This document shows positions 36,084 to 44,046 of a stretch of 64,000 nucleotides of DNA, piece after piece (the stretch's first letter is position 1; each line of letters starts with the position of its first letter). This DNA is from Oscillospiraceae bacterium (GTDB taxonomy: Bacteria; Bacillota; Clostridia; Oscillospirales; CAG-382). Position numbers and translations under genes: made by a program. The notes beneath the pieces were generated by a model. The model was not told where the DNA came from. It ran no database searches and saw nothing but the letters and a program-made list of their open reading frames with translations. The stretch spans positions 12,406 to 76,405 of the forward strand of contig SVTM01000008.1 of the NCBI GenBank assembly GCA_015063785.1. The letters are read 5' to 3'.

Positions 36084-36514
36084 TCTTCATCCTCCGCGCC
36101 AAAAATGACCTCGCGTGCGGTGAAAGCCATTTTTTCGAGTACCCTTGCAGCAAGCTCTTTTTCTTCATCAGAAAGATCTGCCGTTATTCTTTCGCGCCAT
36201 TCTTTGCTTATTGCATAGGTCTCGGTATAGGCTTTTTCGAGCTTTTCTGTCGGAAAGACCAGCATTTCACGCTTATCCTCCCCCTGACGGCGTTCGATAT
36301 AGCCGTGTTCTTCAAGAAAAGCAAGATGCCGCGTGACACTGCTTTTGCTGACGCAGATGTGCCGCGAAAGCTTATCCTGAGAAAAGCCGGGATGGTGGAA
36401 GATAGCAATGATGTAGCTGTGGTAAATACCGTCAAGTCCTTCTTTTGAATTTTGTTTTCTGTTTATCGCGCTGCAACGGTAGATGACATTTATATTGCGC
36501 ATGACGCCTGCCAT
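36080..36514 (-). CDS. MarR family transcriptional regulator
   Basis: 144 aa winged-helix protein (QDKLSRHICVSKSSVTRHLAFLEEHGYIERRQGEDKRE). 4-nt overlap with the first ABC gene. Confidence 0.85.
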   Translation of the reverse strand: MAGVMRNINVIYRCSAINRKQNSKEGLDGIYHSYIIAIFHHPGFSQDKLSRHICVSKSSVTRHLAFLEEHGYIERRQGEDKREMLVFPTEKLEKAYTETYAISKEWRERITADLSDEEKELAARVLEKMAFTAREVIFGAEDEE

Positions 36515-36534
36515 GACAACACCTCCGAAAAATT

Positions 36535-36565
36535 AGTTTCAGATGAAACTGTTTCATTTGGAACT
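36535..36565 (-). promoter_or_regulatory. MarR-type operator palindromes upstream of the marR-ABC operon
   Basis: AGTTTCA-ga-TGAAACT (perfect 7-bp arms, 36535..36550), immediately followed by the imperfect GTTTCA-tt-TGGAAC. It begins 21 nt upstream of the marR ATG. Confidence 0.55.
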
Positions 36566-36605
36566 ATTTTAACACAAGTACGGAAATATGTCAATAACAC
36601 GCGTC

Positions 36606-36645
36606 GAAAAACAACAAAATCCCGACAGGTTTTCTGTCGGGATTT
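36606..36645 (-). terminator. terminator of the GH29-like gene
   Basis: Minus strand: AAATCCCGACAG-aaaac-CTGTCGGGATTT, then TGTTGTTTTT. Confidence 0.75.
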
Positions 36646-36668
36646 TGTGACCGTTAGCGATATTTATA

Positions 36669-37628
36669 TCAAAGATTGTTTCCCACCCATTCAAGAAACT
36701 CTTGTTGTTCGGGGTCGAACGAGCCGTCGATGTTTACGTATATGTCTACAGACACGATGCCACCGTGTCCTGTGAAATTACGGATATAGTCGCGCATATA
36801 TTCCTTTGTGTGCTTGAGTCCGCGACATCCCCAACCGCACCAGTCATACCAATACTCGCCGTGGGGGTTATAGCCAAGGGGCGCAAGGGTGTGAGCAAGA
36901 GCACCGTCGATATATTTTTCGGGAGTGGCGTAAATAAAAGAGTTTGACTCGCCTGCCGTGAATTCCTCCAGCGGCCAATATTTTTCAAGGTAGGCAAAAA
37001 CTCCCTGATTGAAGGTGACAAGCGCATCGGGATTTCCCTTTTTAACGGCATCGCGGTAAAGGCCAAGATACTCTTCGTTGTAGCCAAGATTTTCTCTGTA
37101 ACAGCCGTCTATCCACCATGCCTTGACTTTATCGCCGTAGCGCACAGCATATTCCTCGAGCACCGCTGTCCAGTTTTTGCAAAAATGCTCGTCAACACTC
37201 GAACCGTCGCCTGCATCGCCGGAATAGCCGAATTTTGCACCAATCTCTCTGTCGACGTGGGGTCCGTCGCCCGTATAGTAAAGGCAGAGGTCGATGTTAT
37301 ACTTTGCCAAAGCGTCGGCAAGCTCCATGGGAAGATCGCGGATGGCACACGCCTCTCCCGGTTTTGTGCCGGCGATCGCGTCGTACGTCGCGTTCGGGGC
37401 AAGCAGATGCTTTGTGCCCTGCATCAGGGTGATGAAATAATAACCTGCGTTCATCCTGTGCAGGTTATATGCAAGCTTTTCGACGTCAAAATGATTTACT
37501 GCAGTGTCCCAGTCTGTTATATTCTTTCCCAAATTTTTGGGGCTTTCGGGATTGCAAACGTCGTTGAACAAATAATGGTTGAAAACTCCCCATTTTTTTT
37601 GCGAAAACTTATCGGCAAAAATATTCAT
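36669..37628 (-). CDS. cytoplasmic TIM-barrel glycosidase-like protein (GH29 alpha-L-fucosidase-like?)
   Basis: GGAGG RBS before ATG 37628. The blocks KKWGVFNHYL and FDVEKLAYNLHRMNAGYYFITLMQGTKH resemble the FG.F.HWG / AGAKY.V.T.KHHDGF blocks of GH29. The product call is tentative. Confidence 0.4.
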   Translation of the reverse strand: MNIFADKFSQKKWGVFNHYLFNDVCNPESPKNLGKNITDWDTAVNHFDVEKLAYNLHRMNAGYYFITLMQGTKHLLAPNATYDAIAGTKPGEACAIRDLPMELADALAKYNIDLCLYYTGDGPHVDREIGAKFGYSGDAGDGSSVDEHFCKNWTAVLEEYAVRYGDKVKAWWIDGCYRENLGYNEEYLGLYRDAVKKGNPDALVTFNQGVFAYLEKYWPLEEFTAGESNSFIYATPEKYIDGALAHTLAPLGYNPHGEYWYDWCGWGCRGLKHTKEYMRDYIRNFTGHGGIVSVDIYVNIDGSFDPEQQEFLEWVGNNL

Positions 37629-37704
37629 ATCGCACCTCCGATTATTTTGAACAATTTTAACACAAAAAACACACCGTGTCAATATCAAAATATTTCGTTT
37701 TTCT

Positions 37705-37747
37705 GACACAAAAACACGATCCCTGCGGCGTACTCCGCAGGGATCGT
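37705..37747 (-). terminator. terminator of the TRAP operon
   Basis: 13-bp stem ACGATCCCTGCGG / CCGCAGGGATCGT with a 6-nt loop, followed on the minus strand by GTTTTTG. Confidence 0.75.
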
Positions 37748-37753
37748 ATACAA

Positions 37754-39856
37754 TCATTTAAGATGATGCTTTTCTTTCTTGGACATAATAACCTGGAGAA
37801 CCGTGATCACCGCAACAACCACAAGACCGATGACGCTTGTGAGATTGTCGGGGTAGATCATGAGAAGACCGCCGATGATGAGGGGAATGATCTCGTAGAA
37901 CTTCAGTTTTCTGAACATGTAACCCTCAAGAGCCGCAGAAAGAGCGAAAATACCGATAATGGCAGTGAGAATTATTACAACAATCTCAATGCCTGTGGCT
38001 TCTATAAAGAGCATCTTGGGATTGAAGGCAAAGATGTATGGAATAATAAAGGCGGTGATGGCAAGTCGCGTTGCCATAACGCCGGTTTTAAGCGGATTGG
38101 AATGTGCAATAGCACTGCCTGCGTATGCCGCAAGGGCGACAGGAGGAGTGATATCGGCAACAATACCGAAATAGAATACGAACATATGCGCCGCAAGCAC
38201 GGGAAGGCCCATTTCTGTAAGAATCGGTGCTGTGATGGTCGCCATGATAAGGTAGTTTGCAGTGGTGGGAACACCCATGCCGAGAATGATGCAGGCGATC
38301 ATTGTCATAAACAGAGCAAGCAACATATTCTTTTCTGCAATAGGAACAATGATACTGATAAGTGTCGAGCCGAGGCTTGTCATGGTGACAACGCCTGCGA
38401 CTATACCTGCAAGAGCGCAGGCCAGCGAAACACCCATGGTGTTGCGCATACCTGTTTCGAGTGCTTCAAGGGAGATCTTGCCCGATTCTCTTGTGTTCTT
38501 GGTAAGGAAGCTGAGAAGGATATACACAAAACCTGTGAGCAGGCAAGCATTTTCGAGCTTGAAGCCAAAAACAAACATGAAAACTGCAAGAGCGGCCACG
38601 GGAACGAGCAGAACCACAAGCTCTTTTGCGCTTTCGGAAGCCGACTGAGTCTTCTTTACAAATCTGACGATGGTTTTGACAAGATCCTCGATAAGCATGA
38701 TACCAAGGGTGGTGACAATACCCATACAAGCCGACATGGCAGGGGTTTTACCTGCCGACATCATCGAAACAAGAACGATGATGGGAAGGAAGAGATAGCC
38801 TTTTCTTATGAAGAGCTTGAAGAAATTGGGTATGCTGTCCTTGGGAAGACCCTTAAGTCCAAGCTTCTTTGCTTCGAAGTGGATCATCATGAAGATACCT
38901 GCAAAATAAAGGACTGCAGGAAGAATTGCAGAAACTGCGATGGTGGTATAGGGAAGACCGGTAATCTCGGACATAAGGAAAGCCGCAGCACCCATGATGG
39001 GAGGCATGATCTGTCCGCCTGTGGAAGCAGCAGCTTCAACAGCCGCCGCAAATTCGCTCTTATATCCGATGCTTTTCATAACGGGGATGGTAACGCTGCC
39101 GCTGCCGACTGTGTTGGCAACGGAACTTCCCGAATACATACCTTCGAGAGCCGAAGAGATAACCGCAACCTTTGCAGGTCCGCCCGATGCATAGCCTGCA
39201 ATCGAGTTTGCAAGGTCAACAAAGAACGAGCCGATGCCCGTCTTTTCAAGGAAAGCACCGAGAATGATGAAAAATACGATAAAGGTAGAACAAACATTAA
39301 GAGGTGTGCCGGGGATACCGTTTGTCGTATAGAAAAGGTTGTAAAGGATAGACTGCAAAGATTTTCCGTAGATAAAAGCGTATACGATAAAACCGCCTGC
39401 GACGAAGAGGATGGGAAGACCCACGGCTCTGCGGCAAAGCTCGAAAAGACAGAGTATGCCGACGATCGCCATGATCTTGTCCACGTCGTTGATCATAACC
39501 GCGCGGTTTGTGATAGCATAAAAATTTGTGGCGTAGTACATGAAGGGAGTCGCCGCCACGATTGCGAGGATGAAATCATACCACGGGATATAATTCTTTT
39601 TCTTGGTCTGCTTCTTGTAAAGTGGGAAGATGAGAAAACCAAGGAACATGATAACTCCGAGGAATGCTACCATTCTTGCCTGTTCGGGAAGTGTTATAAA
39701 TCTTGTGGCAAAAGTCGCAAGGGCAAAAAGAAGAAACGCCGCCGTCACGATCTTTGATGCAAGACCGGTAAACTGTCTTGTGTTCGATTCGCGGTCGAAT
39801 TCCGCCATAAGTTCGTCGGCAGATTTGACCGGTTTGTTTTTTACGTTTTCGGACAC
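37754..39856 (-). CDS. TRAP transporter fused permease (TAXI-type, DctQ/DctM fusion)
   Basis: 700 aa and highly hydrophobic. The N-terminal cytoplasmic tail MSENVKNKPVKSADELMAEFDRESNTRQFTG is typical of TAXI-associated fused permeases. It follows the TAXI and DUF1850 genes. Confidence 0.85.
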   Translation of the reverse strand: MSENVKNKPVKSADELMAEFDRESNTRQFTGLASKIVTAAFLLFALATFATRFITLPEQARMVAFLGVIMFLGFLIFPLYKKQTKKKNYIPWYDFILAIVAATPFMYYATNFYAITNRAVMINDVDKIMAIVGILCLFELCRRAVGLPILFVAGGFIVYAFIYGKSLQSILYNLFYTTNGIPGTPLNVCSTFIVFFIILGAFLEKTGIGSFFVDLANSIAGYASGGPAKVAVISSALEGMYSGSSVANTVGSGSVTIPVMKSIGYKSEFAAAVEAAASTGGQIMPPIMGAAAFLMSEITGLPYTTIAVSAILPAVLYFAGIFMMIHFEAKKLGLKGLPKDSIPNFFKLFIRKGYLFLPIIVLVSMMSAGKTPAMSACMGIVTTLGIMLIEDLVKTIVRFVKKTQSASESAKELVVLLVPVAALAVFMFVFGFKLENACLLTGFVYILLSFLTKNTRESGKISLEALETGMRNTMGVSLACALAGIVAGVVTMTSLGSTLISIIVPIAEKNMLLALFMTMIACIILGMGVPTTANYLIMATITAPILTEMGLPVLAAHMFVFYFGIVADITPPVALAAYAGSAIAHSNPLKTGVMATRLAITAFIIPYIFAFNPKMLFIEATGIEIVVIILTAIIGIFALSAALEGYMFRKLKFYEIIPLIIGGLLMIYPDNLTSVIGLVVVAVITVLQVIMSKKEKHHLK

Positions 39857-39912
39857 TTTTGTACCTCCTTAAATATGATAAATAATACAAACAAAGAAAA
39901 GAACCGCAGGGG

Positions 39913-40383
39913 TCATCTGAGCTTGAAAGCAATGTGGGCGTTTTTGCCGCACAGCTCTGTTAAACTTATATATTCCCCTTCAATACGCAGAATGTGGTCG
40001 GAAACTGTGCCGACGATGTATTTTACTTCGGGAAAAATAATGTTAAATCCCGAAACAACCATGTTTCCATCCTCGTCGTATTCAAGAGTCTGCCCTTCTT
40101 CTATCTCGGTCTGCACACCTGCTCCAAAGGCGGAGTATATGGTGCGGTCGACAACGATGTTGCCGTCTCTTATACAATAGACGTCAATGACGGGGCTTTT
40201 GTTTACGGAATGTATAAATTCAACAGAAAACTCTGTCCCTTCGGAAACTTCGAAAGTTCTGTATGTCTTGTTGGTCTGTGTATCGTACACCGCAAGGCGC
40301 ATTGCGGAGCTGCACGAAGCCAAAAAAATGGTCACAGCCGTAACCGCAAAAGCAATTACGGCTGTGATAAAACGTTTATTCAC
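39913..40383 (-). CDS. DUF1850 domain protein (TAXI-TRAP associated)
   Basis: 156 aa with an N-terminal anchor. Contains the FIHSVNKSPV block. It sits between the TAXI binding protein and the permease, as DUF1850 genes usually do. Confidence 0.7.
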   Translation of the reverse strand: MNKRFITAVIAFAVTAVTIFLASCSSAMRLAVYDTQTNKTYRTFEVSEGTEFSVEFIHSVNKSPVIDVYCIRDGNIVVDRTIYSAFGAGVQTEIEEGQTLEYDEDGNMVVSGFNIIFPEVKYIVGTVSDHILRIEGEYISLTELCGKNAHIAFKLR

Positions 40384-40386
40384 TGA

Positions 40387-41376
40387 TTATTCAGCTGCGG
40401 GAGCTTCTGCTTCCAATACGCCGATTTCTGTGAAGTACTTAGCTGCGCCTGCATGGAAAGGAACTGCTGCGATACCCTCAACAGCCTTTGCGCTGTCAAG
40501 TTCTGCGCCCTTAACGTGAGCAGCTGTGATAGCTTCCTTGTTTTCAAAGATTGCCTTTGTGATGTTGTAAACAACGTCTTCGGGAAGATCCTTGTCAACG
40601 ATGTATGTAGCCATAACCGCAACAGTCTGAACGTCTTCTTCAACGCCTTCGTATGTGCCTGCGGGGATGATCTGCTTTGTGTAGAAGTCGTACTTTTCTG
40701 TAAGCTTGTCAAATTCCTTGTCATCAACAGAAAGAACAACGATGTCTGTACCCATAGCAAGGTCTGTGATAGCTGTTGTGGGGATACCTGCTACACAGAA
40801 GAAAGCGTCGATCTTTTCATCTCTGAGAGCGTCTGCAGAAGGGCCGAAGCCGAGGTTCTGCTTTTCGATGTCAGCGTTCATGTCGATGCCGTAAGCTTCG
40901 AGGATCTGCTTTGCGTTGAATTCAACGCCCGAGCCTGCGTCGCCAACAGAAACTCTCTTGCCCTTAAGGTCAGCGATCGATTCGATGCCGGAATCCTTGG
41001 AAGCGATGATCTGGCAGAGTTCGGGGTAAAGAGTACCGATTGCCGCAAAATCCTGAGTCTGAGCGCCCTCGAAGAGGTCTGTACCTGTGTAAGCGTAGTA
41101 CATAACGTCGTTCTGAACGACAGCCATGTCAACTTCGCCCGACTGGATGAGCTGGATGTTTGCCTTGGAAGCGCCTGTCGACTGAACGTCGAAGGTGAGG
41201 CCTGTCTTTTCCTGAAGAACAGGACCCATAGCCATACCGTATGCGTAGTATGTACCTGTTGCGCCGCCTGTAGCGACAGTGATCTTTGTTATAGCTGCGT
41301 CCTTGGTGCCTGCGCAGGAAGCGAAAGCAAACATTGCAACCATAACGAGTGCGAGTAAAAGTGCAATTTTCTTCAT
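40387..41376 (-). CDS. TAXI-family TRAP solute-binding lipoprotein
   Basis: GGAGG RBS before ATG 41376 and a lipoprotein signal (LLLALVMVAMFAFASC). The blocks TVATGGATGTYYAYG and RVSVGDAGSGVEFNA are typical of TAXI (immunogenic-protein) binding proteins. Confidence 0.85.
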   Translation of the reverse strand: MKKIALLLALVMVAMFAFASCAGTKDAAITKITVATGGATGTYYAYGMAMGPVLQEKTGLTFDVQSTGASKANIQLIQSGEVDMAVVQNDVMYYAYTGTDLFEGAQTQDFAAIGTLYPELCQIIASKDSGIESIADLKGKRVSVGDAGSGVEFNAKQILEAYGIDMNADIEKQNLGFGPSADALRDEKIDAFFCVAGIPTTAITDLAMGTDIVVLSVDDKEFDKLTEKYDFYTKQIIPAGTYEGVEEDVQTVAVMATYIVDKDLPEDVVYNITKAIFENKEAITAAHVKGAELDSAKAVEGIAAVPFHAGAAKYFTEIGVLEAEAPAAE

Positions 41377-41436
41377 GATTTTTTCCTCCGAAAAAATTTT
41401 CTTATGAATTTTCAAAATACATAAAAATTCAGGTAC

Positions 41437-41465
41437 ATTATACCTCAAACTGCATAAAAAGTCAA
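41437..41465 (-). promoter_or_regulatory. putative strong sigma-A promoter of the TAXI-TRAP operon
   Basis: Minus strand: TTGACT (41465..41460), 17 nt, TATAAT (41442..41437). Confidence 0.55.
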
Positions 41466-41567
41466 TAGCTACTGCAAAAAAAGGCGCAATATCGTCGATT
41501 TTACAAAATATTCAATTTTATAACAGTCAAAAAATGAATAATCGCGGTTCAAATTATTTATTTTCGC

Positions 41568-41605
41568 ACAAAAAAGCACCTCTGAAAGTTGATTTTCAGA
41601 GGTGC
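41568..41605 (-). terminator. terminator of the pyrP-upp operon
   Basis: Minus strand: GCACCTCTGAAA-atcaac-TTTCAGAGGTGC, then TTTTTT. Confidence 0.8.
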
Positions 41606-41613
41606 ATCTTTTT

Positions 41614-42255
41614 TTACTTTGTTCCGAAGAGTCTGTCGCCGGCATCGCCGAGACCGGGAAGAATATATCCGTTTTCGTTCAGGCATCTGTCGAGAGTAGA
41701 AACGAAAATGTGAACATCGGGGTGGGTTTCTGCAACGCGGCTTACGCCCTCCGGAGCACCGATGACTGCCATGAACTTGATATTCTTGCAGCCGTGGCTC
41801 TTCAGCATCTTAATGGCGTCGCAGGCACTTCCGCCTGTGGCGAGCATCGGGTCGACGAGAAGAACAAGCTTGTCCTCGATGTGCGATGGAAGCTTGCAGT
41901 AATATTCCTGGGGTTCAAGAGTTTCTTCATCGCGGTAAAGACCGATATGGCCGACTCTTGCCGACGGGAAAAGCACGTGAATACCATTTACCATACCGAG
42001 TCCTGCGCGAAGAATAGGCACGATAACTATGGCGTTGTCTTTAACCACCTGCTGTGTACATACCTCAAGGGGAGTTTTGACTTCCTTTTCGACGGTGGGC
42101 ACTCCCTCTCGCAGACATTCGAAGGTCATGAGAGTGGTTATTTCCTCAACCAGCTCGCGAAATTCCTTCATGCTGGTGTTTTCGTCACGCAAAATCGCGA
42201 TCTTGTGACGGATGAGTGGGTGGTCAAATATAGTTACGTTCTTGTAATCTTTCAT
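41614..42255 (-). CDS. upp: uracil phosphoribosyltransferase
   Basis: FDHPLIRHKIAILRDENT, ILRAGLGM and the PRPP loop LVDPMLATGGSA are typical Upp. The start ATG overlaps the permease stop (TAATG). Confidence 0.93.
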   Translation of the reverse strand: MKDYKNVTIFDHPLIRHKIAILRDENTSMKEFRELVEEITTLMTFECLREGVPTVEKEVKTPLEVCTQQVVKDNAIVIVPILRAGLGMVNGIHVLFPSARVGHIGLYRDEETLEPQEYYCKLPSHIEDKLVLLVDPMLATGGSACDAIKMLKSHGCKNIKFMAVIGAPEGVSRVAETHPDVHIFVSTLDRCLNENGYILPGLGDAGDRLFGTK

Positions 42256-43745
42256 TATTTATCTTCCTCCGAAGAATTGCCTTTTTCCTGTCCGAGCTTA
42301 CTCTTTTCAACCTTGGAAAGAATTGTGTTTGTGATGATACCGATGATAAGTGCGGTTGCGATGGGGGTGATCTGAATGAACTTTGCCACTGTGCCTGTTG
42401 CATCGAGTGCATAAGGAATCTGGATGGCAAGGCCGCCGATACCCGAGATGAGGATGGATGCAACAACAAAGAGATTCTTGTTGTCATTGAGGTCGAGATC
42501 CTTGAACATCTTAAGACCGGATACTGCGATAAAGCCGTAAAGTGTGAGGCACACGCCGCCCATTACGCAGGAAGGAATTGTCTGAAGAATTACCATAACG
42601 GGGCTGATGAACGAAAGGATCATGCACATAAATGCTGTAACTGTGATGGTAACAACAGAAGCGTTTCTTGTGATGGCAACACAACCGACAGACTCGCCGT
42701 AGGTAGTGTTGGGGCAAACGCCAAATGCAGTACCCATGATAGAGCCGACACCGTCACCGAGAAGTGTTCTCTTAAGACCGGGTTCTTTGATAAGATCTTT
42801 GTCGATGATCGAAGAGAGGTTCTTGTGGTCAGCGATATGTTCTGCAAAAACAACGAGGGCAACAGGAAGGAATGCGATAACCACTTCTGCAATACTGCCA
42901 AGTCCAAGAAGAGCTGCTTCTCTGCCGTTTGCAGCGTTTGCGGCAACAATCTCTTTCGAGAATACGCCTGTGGTCATTTCCTTAACAGCTTCAACAACCG
43001 TGAAATGAGGATAAGCAAAGAATGCTTCGATTCCCTTGAAAGCACCGTTTGCATCAACAAAATTGTCGATAACAGGCTGGAAATTGATGATCATGAGATA
43101 GTCAAGATCGCAGAGAGTGCCGATAACCGTAAAAATTGCAGCAACAACATAGCCTGCAACGATGCCGAGAATGAAGGGAACAAGGCGAGCCATCTTGTAC
43201 TTTTTCTGTGTCGAGCAAATAACGATGACAAGGAAAGCAACAAAACCACAAAGAAGACCGACAAGGTTGTTTGTGGGATAGATAGCCGAAGCGTTTGCCT
43301 TGGTGATATCACCCATGGCAGCGCCTGCAAGCGAAAGACCGATGAGCGCAACCGTGGGGCCGATGATGACGGGAGGCATAAGCTTGTCTACCCAGTTTGT
43401 ACCTGTAAAGTGGATAATGATGGCTATAATGACATAAACGAGACCTGCAACGATAGAGCCGAGAAGGATACCGCAATAGCCGTATGCCACAGCAACTCCC
43501 AGCGAGCTGAGGAATGCGAACGAGCTACCGAGGAAAACGGGGCTCTTAAACTTTGTGAAAAGCTGATAAACCAGTGTGCCGACACCTGCGCCGAAGATCG
43601 CCGCGGGGATCTGAGTGGGAATACCGATGATCGTCGGGACGGCGATGGTTGCGGCAAGAATTGCCAACAGCTGCTGAAAAGCGAAAATCAAAAGACTTCC
43701 GAACTTCGGCTTGTCACCGATGTCATAAATCAGTTTCTTGTTCAT
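42255..43745 (-). CDS. NCS2-family uracil/xanthine permease
   Basis: GGAGG RBS before ATG 43745. Polytopic protein with NCS2-like blocks (QQLLAILAATIAVP, IPSCVMGGVCLTLYG). Translationally coupled to upp. Confidence 0.8.
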   Translation of the reverse strand: MNKKLIYDIGDKPKFGSLLIFAFQQLLAILAATIAVPTIIGIPTQIPAAIFGAGVGTLVYQLFTKFKSPVFLGSSFAFLSSLGVAVAYGYCGILLGSIVAGLVYVIIAIIIHFTGTNWVDKLMPPVIIGPTVALIGLSLAGAAMGDITKANASAIYPTNNLVGLLCGFVAFLVIVICSTQKKYKMARLVPFILGIVAGYVVAAIFTVIGTLCDLDYLMIINFQPVIDNFVDANGAFKGIEAFFAYPHFTVVEAVKEMTTGVFSKEIVAANAANGREAALLGLGSIAEVVIAFLPVALVVFAEHIADHKNLSSIIDKDLIKEPGLKRTLLGDGVGSIMGTAFGVCPNTTYGESVGCVAITRNASVVTITVTAFMCMILSFISPVMVILQTIPSCVMGGVCLTLYGFIAVSGLKMFKDLDLNDNKNLFVVASILISGIGGLAIQIPYALDATGTVAKFIQITPIATALIIGIITNTILSKVEKSKLGQEKGNSSEEDK

Positions 43746-43804
43746 GATTAAACATCCTCCAAAATATGTTTCTTTTATGCGAAGATCTGTCTCCGCCACC
43801 TTTT

Positions 43805-43833
43805 ATTGTACCACACGTTTCGTGATTTTTCAA
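43805..43833 (-). promoter_or_regulatory. putative promoter of pyrP-upp
   Basis: Minus strand: TTGAAA, 17 nt, TACAAT preceded by TG (extended -10). It lies ~55 nt upstream of ATG 43745. Confidence 0.45.
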
Positions 43834-43981
43834 ACAAATTCTTTCCTATTTTATAAAATTCGGCATAATGCAGAAAATTTCGCCATATAATAGGCATTTT
43901 GAACAAAAGAAAAAAGGTGTTCGTTCTTTTCGAGTTTTTTGTCAATGAGTATGTCCGAACAATTCGTCGATCAAATCAAAC

Positions 43982-44018
43982 GGGCGCAAAAAAGCTGCAG
44001 CATTAGCTGCAGCTTTTT
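43982..44018 (-). terminator. terminator of B2
   Basis: Minus strand: AAAAAGCTGCAGC-taat-GCTGCAGCTTTTTT, directly after the B2 stop. Confidence 0.8.
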
Positions 44019-44046
44019 AAACTTTTTAAAATTGCGGTTTTGTATA

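Noticed and set aside
37676-39757. A 693-aa stop-free ORF on the plus strand, antisense to the TRAP permease.
   Set aside because: The translation is low-complexity and Cys/His/Arg/Lys/Asp-rich, with no RBS or recognisable domain. The opposite strand encodes a textbook polytopic permease. It is a shadow ORF in the antisense frame.
43746-44046. Search for a PyrR attenuator or another riboswitch upstream of pyrP-upp in the 300-nt spacer.
   Set aside because: I saw no conserved PyrR-type loop and no alternative terminator/antiterminator structures. The only strong hairpin (43989..44018) is the terminator of the upstream B2 gene.
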